IMG/VR virus record: IMGVR_UViG_3300022542_000851
Coordinates: 1-57,275 of that record
Strand: one strand, 5' to 3'
Length of the DNA: 57,275 nt
Source of the DNA: a virus
Lineage: Duplodnaviria > Caudoviricetes
The notes beneath the pieces were generated by a model. The model was not told the origin of the DNA, ran no database searches, and was given only the letters and a program-made list of their open reading frames with translations. Of the stretch, positions 24,879 to 34,992 are shown piece by piece (within the stretch, counting starts at the first letter, position 1; the number at the start of each line of letters is the position of its first letter). The position numbers and the translations under genes were made by a program.

Positions 24879-26411
24879 TCATCGCACCTCCCTGAATCGG
24901 AACTGGGCGGCATAACGCAGCCCCGGCATGATGGCCGACGGGAGGCCGTCGGCCACCAGGTACCCGTACCGCGCGCCCTCCAGCCGGTTCAGGTCAGCGG
25001 AACTGGCTGCGCTCGCGAGCTTCGGCTTCGACAGCTGCGGGTCAAAGATGACGACCGGCCGATGCTGGCCTGCTATCAGGGCCACGTCGGCCGGTGCCGA
25101 CAGCTGGTCGAAGCTTCCTTCTACGGTCGCGTCGTGATAGTGCGTGCGGAGGATGCTCTGGTCCCCATGCGACAGCGGGTTGCCATCGGCGAATCCGTAC
25201 TCGGCCTGGTAGTGCGGCATCGCGTAGCTGCCGAGGGCTCCGCCGGTAACCGTGGTAGCGACCCGTGAGCCATCGACGGAGCCGAACGGCGTGCCGAAGC
25301 TCGTGTTGCGCGTCGGGTGAAACCCGCGCGAGAAGTACAAGCGGCCGGCCGTAGTCGCCTCGGACGGCCGCTCCGGGTCGAAGATCGTCAACTTGACGAA
25401 CGGGTAGCCTGGATCCGCTAGAGCGCCGGTGAATCCGGCGTCGCGCCGAGCGCCGCCGATGTCGAACGCTCGATAGTAGTGGAGCTGGTTGTTCTTGAGC
25501 ACATGGCTCAGGCGCGTTGCTCCGCCGACCCCTTCGCGATTCGCGAGCATGTACTTCCAGGGGCTGGCGTCCGGGCCTTCCCCCAACGTGAACAAGTCCT
25601 CGCCCTCGCTGAATCCGCTGTCGGGCTTGAAGTCGAGGTCGTCTGCATCGTTGGCGAAGTACAAGCGGAGACGCGGTGGAGTCGGGATGGCGGTCCCGTT
25701 CACCCGGTTGCCGTGGTAGTTCAGGCCGACGAACGTCGCGAACCGGTAGAGCGATGTCGCCACGCTGGCGTCTCGGTGGAATAGCGACGGGCTGAGCCGC
25801 ATGATGGCGAACGCCCAGGTGTGCCGCGCCCGGGCGTCGCCCGTGTGACTCAAGGATGAAGCGTAGAAATCGTCTTTGAATCCGAACGACGTGATGGCTT
25901 CGTTCGCGCTCGGGCTGACGTTGCCGAGCGAGAACGGGACGGTCGGATGGCTGAAGGTCCAGAAACCATCGACCACGGTCACCGTGAAGCCGGCGTCGAC
26001 GGCCTGCAAGATGCCCTCGACGTGAGCGCGCGCGGCCTCCGTCGTGAGGAACGTGACGTCCCCCGATGGGGTCAGGTCGAAGTCCGTCACGTTGATCTGC
26101 AGGACGTCGTTACCCTTGCCGACCGTGACCAGCGGCATGCCGAAGTCCGTCGTCCCGTTGCTAAACGTCCACACGTCGGAGAACGCCGCGACCTCCTGCG
26201 GCTGTGGCGTGACGACGTTCACCATCGGGCGTGTCGGATCCTCGCCGGGAGGATTCTTCCGGTTGCTCGTGAGCGATGGGAACAGGTCGGCCCTGTCGGT
26301 CATGAGGAGCGCGTCCTCGAGGCACCAGACCACGTGAGCCTTGTTCACCGGCAGATCGCCGGCGTTGAAGGCGTCGATGCCGCCCGCGTTGTTATGGGTC
26401 GGGTACGGCAT
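24879..26411 (-). CDS. Distal tail/minor tail protein
   Basis: 510 aa directly after the tape measure gene. Confidence 0.65.
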   Translation of the reverse strand: MPYPTHNNAGGIDAFNAGDLPVNKAHVVWCLEDALLMTDRADLFPSLTSNRKNPPGEDPTRPMVNVVTPQPQEVAAFSDVWTFSNGTTDFGMPLVTVGKGNDVLQINVTDFDLTPSGDVTFLTTEAARAHVEGILQAVDAGFTVTVVDGFWTFSHPTVPFSLGNVSPSANEAITSFGFKDDFYASSLSHTGDARARHTWAFAIMRLSPSLFHRDASVATSLYRFATFVGLNYHGNRVNGTAIPTPPRLRLYFANDADDLDFKPDSGFSEGEDLFTLGEGPDASPWKYMLANREGVGGATRLSHVLKNNQLHYYRAFDIGGARRDAGFTGALADPGYPFVKLTIFDPERPSEATTAGRLYFSRGFHPTRNTSFGTPFGSVDGSRVATTVTGGALGSYAMPHYQAEYGFADGNPLSHGDQSILRTHYHDATVEGSFDQLSAPADVALIAGQHRPVVIFDPQLSKPKLASAASSADLNRLEGARYGYLVADGLPSAIMPGLRYAAQFRFREVR

Positions 26412-29400
26412 CAGGGCCAGTCCTCCTCGCGCGGCGGGTCGATGGTGCCTTGCGTGTTTCCGGCGCTGACCGTCCGCTGTGTCCGCCGGTCGATGACCTC
26501 GCTGTCGAGGAACAGCCGGCTCTCGACGATGATGGGTTGCCCCCCGCCGCCCGCGCCGGCGGGAGTGACACCACCGACGGCGACCGACGGGGAGCCTGAA
26601 CTCTGGAGCGGGATGATCTCGCCGGCGCGCGGGAATACAGCGACCTCGGGCCCCTCTTCGCCGACCAGGATGGGCTGACCGCCACGGAAGGGGCCGCCGT
26701 GCGCGAGACCATCGATCCCGTCGATCCCGCCGATGTGTATGCCCTGGAGTCGGGACGCGGAACCGACGACCGACGCGATCGATCCGGCCACCCGGGACGC
26801 TGCGCTGGCTGCCGCACTGGCTGCCGAGTTGGCCGCTGCCGCCATGGCACCGGATGCGCCGACCGATGCCGCCTCGACAGCGCCCACGGCGCTCTCGGCG
26901 GCCGGCGCGATGGTGTCGATGGCCGCTACCGACTCCTGAGACCCGGCGCGCCAGGCCTCCGCGCTCTTCTGCGCCCCGGCCACCTCGGCCATGGTGGCCG
27001 TCTGCATCGCGCTGACGGTCGCCTGCGCCTGTCCGGAGACCGCCATCGAGCTCGATGCCGTCGACTCCTGCCAGGCGCTGGACGAGCCTGTAGCGGCCGC
27101 CTGGTGCGCCGCCTGCGTCTCGAGCGCCGCCATCGTGCCGGCGCTCTCAAAGTTCATCATCGAGGCGACGCCGGACGCCGCGAACCCGTCGACCTCGAGC
27201 CCGGCCGCTCCCGCCGCTGCGATGAGCTGGTCGAAGGCGGCGGTCCCTTGCAAGCCCATCTCGCCGGCGGCGCCGGTCAGCAACTGGAGCGACGCCTGGA
27301 GGCCGGTCATGACCTCGCCGGTGAGCTGGCCTCGGTCGGCGGCCGCCTGCAGGCCGGTCGTGAAGACCTCGACGAAGCTGGGGAAGGTCGCCGTGGTCAG
27401 CGCCACTTCCTGGCGTATCTGATCCAGTCCGAGCGCCGATGCCAGCTTGCGCGCGCCGAGCCCGCGACCGAGCCCCTCGTCGATCTTGTCCAGCTCTGCA
27501 CCGAGGGACTTGGAAATGTCGAGCCCGAAGCCAGCCAGAGACTCCTTGAACTTCGTCTTTCTGTCCTTGCCGCCGAACAGCTTCTTGATCCCGCCGAAAA
27601 TCTTCTTACCGAGGACGCTGATGCCCTTGAGCGCAATCGGTGCGACAGCCGACACCAGCGGGCCGAACGGCCCGAGCGCGGCGCTGAGAGGCCCGATGAG
27701 ACCCTGTAGCGCTTGACCGATCCCGGTCCCTCCGAGGAGACTCCCGAGCGCGCCGCCGCCGCCGCCGCCGAACAGGCCAGAGATGATGCCGCCGAGTCCA
27801 CCGCCGCCAGTAAGCGAGCTGAAAGCGCCTTGGATGGACGCGACGAATCCCTGCCCAGATGTCAGCATGCTGGCAAAGGAGTCTGTCCACGTAACCGCCA
27901 GATCGGAGACCGATGTTCCGACCTCGCCGGTTGCTTCGCCGATTTCAGCCAGCTGTGGCGGAACCTCGGCCGCGCTCTCGACCAGAATCCGCGCCATCTC
28001 CTCGCCGTCGATCGTCGCCTCGCGGAACGACCTCGTTAGCTCTTCGAGCTTGTCCCGAGCGTCTGTGTACGCTGGGCTTAGCTCCTGCCCAGTCGCAGCC
28101 AGAGCGGCCATCTTCAGCTGGAGTTGCGCCATCTCTTCGGACATGGCACGGAACGAACCGGGACCGCTAGCAAGGTCTTCTAGCTCAGCCTGGATCTGTC
28201 CGAAGCCGGACGCGAGATCATCGGCGACTCCGAGGAAGCCTCCTATGAGGCCCGACGATGTTTGAGCTGCCTCTCCGAGCCGAGTGATGCCGCCCGCTGC
28301 CGTGTCGCTGCTGGTGCCGAGCCGGTCAAGCGCCGGGGGCGCTTCATCGGCCGCCGCCTTGTAGTCGCGGGTAGCCTTCGCGCTCTTCCCTGTTACCTCG
28401 GTCAGGTCCGTTGTCGCCTGGCTCAGCGCGCGGGAGCGCTCCGAGATTGCCGTGAGGCGTTCGTCGAGCGCGGCCGTCGCGTCGCCGAAGACGTTGAAGG
28501 CGCCGCCGGCGATCCCGGTGTCCTGCGCGAGTCCGGCCAGATCCTGCCGCAGTTGAAGGATGTCCTCGGCTGTGTCTTCCATTCCCGGGATGATGAAAGC
28601 GATATTCGCCAGGCTGTCAAGGGCGCCGTCGATGCCGTCGACGAGAGATGTCACAAGCTGCCCGATCGCGGCCGTTGCGATCTCCGCCGATGCCACGAAG
28701 AACGCCTGGACCGCGAGGCTCGCCTGCTGGATCGCGTTAGATGCGGTGATGATTGAAACCGCCAGTAGGTCGCCGAACGTGAGCGACGGGTCGCGGAAGA
28801 TCAGACGGAACGCTTCCAGGGCGAGGTTCGCCCCATCGGCCACAAGCCCGAGGGCGTTCTTGACCTCCGTCCACGCATCGCCGAAGGCCTCGATGACATC
28901 CTGGCGGTCGAGGACGTCCAGCAGCCCCGAGATGGCCGGCGTCAAGCCCTGGCCGACAGACACGACCGCATCCTGGAAGCGGTTTCGCAGCACGGCGAGG
29001 CGCGAGGCGAGTGTGGCGTACCGCGTAGCCGCTTCGTCGGCCAGGGCCGTGTTCGCCTCGAATGCCGCTGTGCCCCGCTCGATAGCGGTCCGCGTCAAGT
29101 CGCCGGCGCCGGCCAGCGACAGGAACACGCGCTGGACTCGCGCGCCCTTGAATCCGAGCTTGTCGAGCGCCGCTGACTGGTTCTCGATCTTCGACAGCCC
29201 CTCGATGAATGTCGTTACGGCACCCGCCGCGTCTTCCTTGAAGAGTCGCTGGAAATCCCCGACGGACTTACCGGCCACAGCAGCGAACCCGGCCAGGCTC
29301 TCGCCGCCAGATATCGCCGCGCTCTTCAGCTGCGAAAGGAACGTCGAGAATGCTGTGCCCCCAGCCTCCGCTTGAACACCTACCGATGACAACGCGCCGG

Positions 29401-30094
29401 AGAAAGCGAGGATGTCCGCCTCGCTCAATCCCGCCAAGTTGCCGGCTGCCGCGATCCGCGTACTGAGCGACAGAATCTCCGCTTCCGTCGTCGCGAGATT
29501 GTTACCAAGGTCGACAATCGTCGAGCCGAGTCGCTCGAATTGGGGCCCGGCCTGATTGTCGATGATGTTTGCGAACCTGGCGAGCGCCGTCGCACCCTCT
29601 TCGCCCGCGAGGTTTGTAGTCTCTGCGAGGTCCGCCATCACCCGGGTGAACGACAGGATCTCGTCACCCTGAACCCCGAGCTGGCCGGCCACCTCAGCGA
29701 TCTTCGCCAGGCCGACAGCGCTGGTCGGGATCTCCTTTGACATGTCCCGGAGGCCTTGCGTAATCGCCTCGAAGTCGGCCGTCTCCGGGAGCGTCTTCTT
29801 GACACCCGCGAAGGCCGACTCTAGGTCGATAGCGGCGTTGGCTGCCCCGGTCAAGCCTTTGGCGATAGCACCCGCGACGAGCGCGGCGCCGAGCTTCTTA
29901 AGCTGCCCAGCGAGCAGCTGCGTGCCCTTCGACGCCTTGCCGGCGCCTTTCGTGAAACGGCCGAGAGAATCGCGGCCCGACTTTGACGCCTTGTCGACGT
30001 CGGTCATCGCCTTGCGGGCGCTCGTCCCGATCTTCTTGAACTTGGGGCTGGCCTCGTCCAGGACGCGGTAGGCCTGCTCGATGTCAACGGCCAC
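26411..30094 (-). CDS. Tape measure protein (TP901-type core)
   Basis: 1227 aa, Ala/Gly-rich; FAGVKKT...LGSTIVDLGNNLATTEAEI...AEAGGTA. Confidence 0.95.
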   Translation of the reverse strand: MAVDIEQAYRVLDEASPKFKKIGTSARKAMTDVDKASKSGRDSLGRFTKGAGKASKGTQLLAGQLKKLGAALVAGAIAKGLTGAANAAIDLESAFAGVKKTLPETADFEAITQGLRDMSKEIPTSAVGLAKIAEVAGQLGVQGDEILSFTRVMADLAETTNLAGEEGATALARFANIIDNQAGPQFERLGSTIVDLGNNLATTEAEILSLSTRIAAAGNLAGLSEADILAFSGALSSVGVQAEAGGTAFSTFLSQLKSAAISGGESLAGFAAVAGKSVGDFQRLFKEDAAGAVTTFIEGLSKIENQSAALDKLGFKGARVQRVFLSLAGAGDLTRTAIERGTAAFEANTALADEAATRYATLASRLAVLRNRFQDAVVSVGQGLTPAISGLLDVLDRQDVIEAFGDAWTEVKNALGLVADGANLALEAFRLIFRDPSLTFGDLLAVSIITASNAIQQASLAVQAFFVASAEIATAAIGQLVTSLVDGIDGALDSLANIAFIIPGMEDTAEDILQLRQDLAGLAQDTGIAGGAFNVFGDATAALDERLTAISERSRALSQATTDLTEVTGKSAKATRDYKAAADEAPPALDRLGTSSDTAAGGITRLGEAAQTSSGLIGGFLGVADDLASGFGQIQAELEDLASGPGSFRAMSEEMAQLQLKMAALAATGQELSPAYTDARDKLEELTRSFREATIDGEEMARILVESAAEVPPQLAEIGEATGEVGTSVSDLAVTWTDSFASMLTSGQGFVASIQGAFSSLTGGGGLGGIISGLFGGGGGGALGSLLGGTGIGQALQGLIGPLSAALGPFGPLVSAVAPIALKGISVLGKKIFGGIKKLFGGKDRKTKFKESLAGFGLDISKSLGAELDKIDEGLGRGLGARKLASALGLDQIRQEVALTTATFPSFVEVFTTGLQAAADRGQLTGEVMTGLQASLQLLTGAAGEMGLQGTAAFDQLIAAAGAAGLEVDGFAASGVASMMNFESAGTMAALETQAAHQAAATGSSSAWQESTASSSMAVSGQAQATVSAMQTATMAEVAGAQKSAEAWRAGSQESVAAIDTIAPAAESAVGAVEAASVGASGAMAAAANSAASAAASAASRVAGSIASVVGSASRLQGIHIGGIDGIDGLAHGGPFRGGQPILVGEEGPEVAVFPRAGEIIPLQSSGSPSVAVGGVTPAGAGGGGQPIIVESRLFLDSEVIDRRTQRTVSAGNTQGTIDPPREEDWP

Positions 30095-30103
30095 GGTGAG
30101 CCT

Positions 30104-30541
30104 CTATCCGATCACTCCGAGGGCTTCGCTCCACTGCTCGAGCGACTCCTCCGTGACGTCTCCCGTGTCCACGGGGACGTGCTCCTCTTGCTGGCGCCGA
30201 ACGATCCAGCTCACCAGCGACCTCAACTCGTTGCGTCGCCACCGCAGCGCCTCGTAGTCGCGCAGCACCATCTCGAGGCCGGCCAGGGGGATGTGACGCC
30301 GCACGGGGAAGCTCTGATACCTTTGCTTGCCGCGTGTCTCGACGACACGCATCTGCACCGGCACCGCAAAGGGAGCTACGACGTTGTACACGTCGATCGC
30401 AGCACGCGCGATGTCGTCGATCGCGGGCTCCTCCAGCGGCGCATCGTCGCCGCTGTAGGAGGCCCGGAATACCAGCCACGCGTGCGCTCCCTTCGTCCCC
30501 CTCAGTTCGCGGTATCTGAGGTAGGCGCCGAGGCTTTTTTT
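30104..30541 (-). CDS. Tail assembly chaperone, -1 frameshift extension (gpT-like)
   Basis: Frame entered at the A7 slippery site, KKSLGAYLRY. Confidence 0.7.
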   Translation of the reverse strand, partial: KKSLGAYLRYRELRGTKGAHAWLVFRASYSGDDAPLEEPAIDDIARAAIDVYNVVAPFAVPVQMRVVETRGKQRYQSFPVRRHIPLAGLEMVLRDYEALRWRRNELRSLVSWIVRRQQEEHVPVDTGDVTEESLEQWSEALGVIG

Positions 30542-31002
30542 CGGAGGGCGGCCTCCGCTTCGTTGACTGCGGACACGTCCTGGAGGCGGAGCAGCGCCGC
30601 CCGGAACGGCTGCGACTTGCGGCACAGCAGGAGCCGGGACTCCTCGCTCACCCCGAGCTCGTCGTCGCCGATGACCTCGGCGAGCGCGTCGATCTTCTCG
30701 TCGCTGAACGTCGGGAAGAGGTCCCAGTCGGTGATGCACGAGCGGTCGATGCCGTGGACGCCGACGAGGCAGTTCTTTGCGAGAGCCTCCGCGAGCGCGA
30801 TGTCCTTCTCCTCGACCCCCTTGATCCGCTCGATTCGCTTGCTTCCGGTCACGGCTGCGAGCTTCGACGCGGGCAGCACCTTCCAATCGAGCTCAATGGG
30901 GCAGTCCGGTAGGCCCGGGTCGAGCATCACCCGCTTGGTCGGGAAGTAGTCGTCGTCACCGATGCCCGCCTTTGCTAAGGCGTCCGCGAGGTCAATCGCC
31001 AT
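30502..31002 (-). CDS. Tail assembly chaperone (gpG-like)
   Basis: Between the tail tube and TMP; CGA AAA AAA GCC near the 3' end. Confidence 0.8.
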   Translation of the reverse strand: MAIDLADALAKAGIGDDDYFPTKRVMLDPGLPDCPIELDWKVLPASKLAAVTGSKRIERIKGVEEKDIALAEALAKNCLVGVHGIDRSCITDWDLFPTFSDEKIDALAEVIGDDELGVSEESRLLLCRKSQPFRAALLRLQDVSAVNEAEAALRKKASAPTSDTAN

Positions 31003-31035
31003 TGTCACTCCTGTTATCAACTGTGATGCCTATCG

Positions 31036-32958
31036 CTAGGCTGTTACGTACATCATCTCGCCGTTCGGCGTTCCGTCTGCCGCCGTCTCTTCTGTCGAGG
31101 TGATGGCGAGCGTTAAGGTCAAGGCGTTGCGGTTGCCGTCGTGCGACGGGACCGCGTTCAAGATGCGCGCTGTATGCGCGTCGAGTCCGTCGATGAAGCC
31201 GATTCCCTCGCCGATGCTCTGCACATGGAAGCGCTCTTCCTGGTTAGTCTTCACGTGGTCGAGGAACAGCGCCGCGTCCTGCTTCTGTAGGAAGACGACC
31301 TCGATGGTCCAGACGCGCGCGATGTTCTCGGTGAGGCTGCCCGGATCGTCGCTGTCGCACAGCTCATTGGCCGGCTCGAACTCGTGCGAACCGGTAACGG
31401 TGCACGACAGGATGCACATGCCGAACGAGCCCCAGTTGAGGAGCGTCGTCTTTCCGTGGATCTCGTTGTTGGGGTTCTGCTCCGTGTGGAGCGGCGCGTG
31501 CGGCTCGATGTGGATCTCCTCCACCGCGTCACGCGTGAACGGGCCCGTGAACAGCGTCGAGTCGAGGCTCAGCGATGCCGCGGCGACGACCTCGATCTGA
31601 CCGGCGCTGCCTTCGACGGGCGCGATTGCGGTCAGGGTTCCTACGCTCGGCTCGCTGAAGACCGAACCCCAGTCCACGTCGACGTGGCCCTTGGTCGCGA
31701 AGCCGTAATCCTTGTGCAGCCGGAGCTGAGTATTGAGGTTCGCCAGGACCTCCGCGGACGTTGCCGCACTGGGGACTGAGGGCGCCGTAGGGCTCGTGGC
31801 ATCGAACGTCACGAACGGCTTCGACTTGCCGATCCTGAACTTCAGGTTAACGTTGGTCGACAGGTCGTACGGGCCGGCGAGCTCTTCGGGGTTACCCTCT
31901 GTCGATGCGAGTAGAGCCGTGGCCTGCACCGTACCGCCGCGCGACCCGAGGGTCACCGTCTGAGGGTCGCTTGTCGTGTCGCGCGCCACGACCTCGAGCG
32001 CCACCTCGGTGTTCGCTACGACGTCCGTGGCGACCGTGACCTCTTTCAGGTCGACGAAGCTCGAGACCTCCCACATACCCGCGTTGTACACGTCCAACGT
32101 GAGGTCGCCGGTCGCGACAACATCCGTGCCGCCGACGCCGCGGACCATCCCGCACCCGCCATGCCGGGCGCTCAGGAACATCAGCTCGAACGTGGCTTTG
32201 CGCTTATCGTCCTCGAACGGCAGCGTCAGGCTGTTGACCTTGCCGTCGAAGAGGTGGTATCCGATGCCGCCGATGATGCAGCGCGCCGAGATCCACTCGT
32301 CGGCGAACTGCGTCAGGTCGTACTGGCGCACGCCCTGGATACTGTCGGCCGAGCCGGTGACGATCGGCTCCTGCGTGAAACCCGGCTTCACGATGAGGCC
32401 GGTTGCTGTCACGGACGTGACCCGACGGAACTCGCCGCCGGCGGGCCCAGACTGCGCGACGTTCGCCGGGTCGCTGACGAACACGCAGGCATCGCCGACG
32501 AGGTAGGCGTGTCCGGCGCCGAAGTCGACGTGCGTAAAGTCCCTGTTGGACGTGATGACCGCATTGATCGCCGTGATGTTCTGGCTGTCGATCAACCGCA
32601 CGCCCCCGAAGAAGGCGCGGAACATCTTGTCGCCCTGCGGCGGGTCGTCGCCGGACCCGAGCGTCGCGCCGGTCGACAGTGTGCCGGCGGGCTGGATATT
32701 CATCTCGGCTTCTACCGTGATCGGCTCGTTGAGCCCGATGACCGGGAACGACATCGCCCGGGTGTCCCGGAACTCGACGTTATCGACGAGCGTCCGCACC
32801 ACCTCGACAGGGAACTCGGCGGTGAGGGCGATGGCGTCGGCCGCCACCACTTCGGTGAAGACGCCCTGGCTTGGCTGCCGGGTCACCCACAGGGTGGTGC
32901 GGCCGCCGGTCGGGATAGTCTGTGCGATCTGGTGAGAAAGGAAGTCGCGGAGGTTCAT
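31036..32958 (-). CDS. Major tail tube protein with inserted domains
   Basis: 640 aa immediately upstream of the chaperone genes. Confidence 0.7.
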   Translation of the reverse strand: MNLRDFLSHQIAQTIPTGGRTTLWVTRQPSQGVFTEVVAADAIALTAEFPVEVVRTLVDNVEFRDTRAMSFPVIGLNEPITVEAEMNIQPAGTLSTGATLGSGDDPPQGDKMFRAFFGGVRLIDSQNITAINAVITSNRDFTHVDFGAGHAYLVGDACVFVSDPANVAQSGPAGGEFRRVTSVTATGLIVKPGFTQEPIVTGSADSIQGVRQYDLTQFADEWISARCIIGGIGYHLFDGKVNSLTLPFEDDKRKATFELMFLSARHGGCGMVRGVGGTDVVATGDLTLDVYNAGMWEVSSFVDLKEVTVATDVVANTEVALEVVARDTTSDPQTVTLGSRGGTVQATALLASTEGNPEELAGPYDLSTNVNLKFRIGKSKPFVTFDATSPTAPSVPSAATSAEVLANLNTQLRLHKDYGFATKGHVDVDWGSVFSEPSVGTLTAIAPVEGSAGQIEVVAAASLSLDSTLFTGPFTRDAVEEIHIEPHAPLHTEQNPNNEIHGKTTLLNWGSFGMCILSCTVTGSHEFEPANELCDSDDPGSLTENIARVWTIEVVFLQKQDAALFLDHVKTNQEERFHVQSIGEGIGFIDGLDAHTARILNAVPSHDGNRNALTLTLAITSTEETAADGTPNGEMMYVTA

Positions 32959-32968
32959 GAGTTACTCC

Positions 32969-33448
32969 TTACTGGAAAACCTCGATCGTGATCTCATGGC
33001 GAATGGCCGGGGTGGGTCCCCGACCGTCCTCCGCTTGAATGGCCGCGGCGCTCTGCCAGTCGGCAAACCATCCGCGGTCGTTGCGTTTCGATTGCGTCGG
33101 GTCCAACGACTCGACGACGTTCTGCAGCCGGCGCGCCGCACGCCACTGCGAGCGACCGAGCTGGGCTCGAGCGTCCTCGTACGTGTACTGGCGGACCGCC
33201 AGGGTGAAGGTCTGCCACCGGTTCGACTCGCCGCCGAGCTCCGCGTTGTCTTCTTCGGGAGCGACCACGCCGATGACCGCGAGCAGGTACTCGTCGCCGG
33301 CGGGCGTCGGCAGCTCGGTCGTGTTCGAGCTCGAGGTGGGGTCGCGGTCTTCGGGCACCCACTGGACGACAGCGCCGGGCTCGGCCGCCTGGATCGCGGC
33401 GATGAGCTCGTCGATGGCCTCCTCGAGCCGGTCGGGAATGGCTGCCAT
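32969..33448 (-). CDS. Tail terminator (putative)
   Basis: Size and position. Confidence 0.55.
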   Translation of the reverse strand: MAAIPDRLEEAIDELIAAIQAAEPGAVVQWVPEDRDPTSSSNTTELPTPAGDEYLLAVIGVVAPEEDNAELGGESNRWQTFTLAVRQYTYEDARAQLGRSQWRAARRLQNVVESLDPTQSKRNDRGWFADWQSAAAIQAEDGRGPTPAIRHEITIEVFQ

Positions 33449-33479
33449 GTCAGGCGAACCCCCGTGTTACGATCTGCGG

Positions 33480-33734
33480 ATGAGTGAAGCCACATTCGAC
33501 GTTGCTACTGGGCCGATCCTCGGATCCGGCGGCAAGGAGATCGAGCGCCGCGTCGTCGCCTTGCTCGAGCGCGATGACGTTGACACCAGCGCCGCGACCG
33601 CCGCGCAGATCCACGCCGCCTTGACCGAGGCTCACGGTGGTGACGAAGCGGCAGCACTGAGTACTCTCCGCGAGCAGGCCGGCGCCGAGATGCGATCGAT
33701 CGCTGACCGCGAACTCCGGAGCGAACCGCTGTAA
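33480..33734 (+). CDS. Small acidic protein on the opposite strand
   Basis: MSEATFDVATG...; TACGAT -10-like element 6 nt upstream (leaderless). Confidence 0.6.
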   Translation: MSEATFDVATGPILGSGGKEIERRVVALLERDDVDTSAATAAQIHAALTEAHGGDEAAALSTLREQAGAEMRSIADRELRSEPL

Positions 33735-33736
33735 CG

Positions 33737-34477
33737 TCATGCCGCCACCGCGGGCGCGAGCGTGGCGCTCAATTGGATTTCGGTCTCGAGCAGACCGCTG
33801 TCGTTGACCACGGGAGCCACCGCAGGCGCGCTGAGCTCCCACAGCAACCACCCGGCCGGGAGCAACGCCGCCAGCGCCGCGTGCGCCGCTGTGAGGCGCG
33901 CTAGCACCCGGCTCTGGCAGCCCTCCCACCACTCGGTGTCGCGGCCCTGGACGCGGATTGCCACGTCGACCAGCCGGCGGTGCATCGACGTTCCGCGCCT
34001 GAGCGGCGGCCCCACCCGGACGACGCACGCCGGGCCAGCACCGGTGCTGGTCAGGTAGCGCCCCGGGTCGATGCCCTGGCGGGGGATGCTGTAGATCAGC
34101 TGCTCATCGCCGGCGGCCGGGCGCACCCACTCGGCGAAGCCGCCGCCCATCGTGTCGCCGGGGCTCGAGGCGCTCCCGGGCGCGATCGATAGCGTTACGT
34201 CGTCGCCGGTCACGCCGACCACGCTCGCGACATGGAACGGGTTCCCGCCGACGAGGCCGAGGTTCACGACGTCGCGCCGGCTCCACTTCACGCCCTCACC
34301 GGCGCTCAGGGTGACTACCGCGCCGGAGATGGAATCGATCGGGCTTGAGAGCGTGTCCGTCGTCAGTCGGTCAGCGATGGCGATGCGGACCTCGCGGCCC
34401 GGGTCCTGCTGGTGGAGTCCGGTCGCACCGGGGCCTGGACCGAGAATGCCGCGTGGCCAGTAAGAGGAGGGATACAT
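33737..34477 (-). CDS. Virion structural protein (putative)
   Basis: Coupled gene in the head-tail region. Confidence 0.55.
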   Translation of the reverse strand: MYPSSYWPRGILGPGPGATGLHQQDPGREVRIAIADRLTTDTLSSPIDSISGAVVTLSAGEGVKWSRRDVVNLGLVGGNPFHVASVVGVTGDDVTLSIAPGSASSPGDTMGGGFAEWVRPAAGDEQLIYSIPRQGIDPGRYLTSTGAGPACVVRVGPPLRRGTSMHRRLVDVAIRVQGRDTEWWEGCQSRVLARLTAAHAALAALLPAGWLLWELSAPAVAPVVNDSGLLETEIQLSATLAPAVAA

Positions 34478-34992
34478 CAGGTCACATCGGTGAGGACGGC
34501 AACCCGGTTGCCGTCCTCGTCCTTGTCAGAGATGATCCGGTCCTTCGTGTTGTTCAAGTCGCGGATCCTGATCTTTGTTGCTATCGGCTCGGCGCCCGAT
34601 AGGATGCCGGCTGCTCCTGAGTTCTGTAGGCGCTGGCTCTCCTGCAAGCTGTAGCCGGACTCGATGCCGTCGGGCTTCTCGAGCACGGCCGTCGGGATGT
34701 CGCCCGGGTCGTGGACCGTAACGCGCCACTGCAAGTTGACCTGTTTTGCGCCTACGTTCGTCAGTGTCACGGTCAGCATCTCGAGGGTGTCAGTGTGCGC
34801 CGCCGTGAGCGGCAGGCTATACCAGCCGTTCTCCAACTCCGTGACGGTCACCGCCATGGCGCCGAACGCCCCGCCCGCCTTCGAGATCCGCTTCGTGAAC
34901 GACCCATCCGTCAGGCTCGGCACCGCATCGCCGTTGACGTCGTGCACGAAGAACGGCCAAACGATCGCCGTTGACTGCTTCAGGTCGGTCAT
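34477..34992 (-). CDS. Virion structural protein (putative)
   Basis: TELENGWYSL...D.DGNR C-terminus; coupled. Confidence 0.6.
   Translation of the reverse strand: MTDLKQSTAIVWPFFVHDVNGDAVPSLTDGSFTKRISKAGGAFGAMAVTVTELENGWYSLPLTAAHTDTLEMLTVTLTNVGAKQVNLQWRVTVHDPGDIPTAVLEKPDGIESGYSLQESQRLQNSGAAGILSGAEPIATKIRIRDLNNTKDRIISDKDEDGNRVAVLTDVT

Noticed and set aside
24160-24882. Minus-strand 240-aa ORF filling the tail operon gap
   Set aside because: Composition is shadow-like; the plus-strand ORF has an RBS, a TM helix and a recognisable domain pattern
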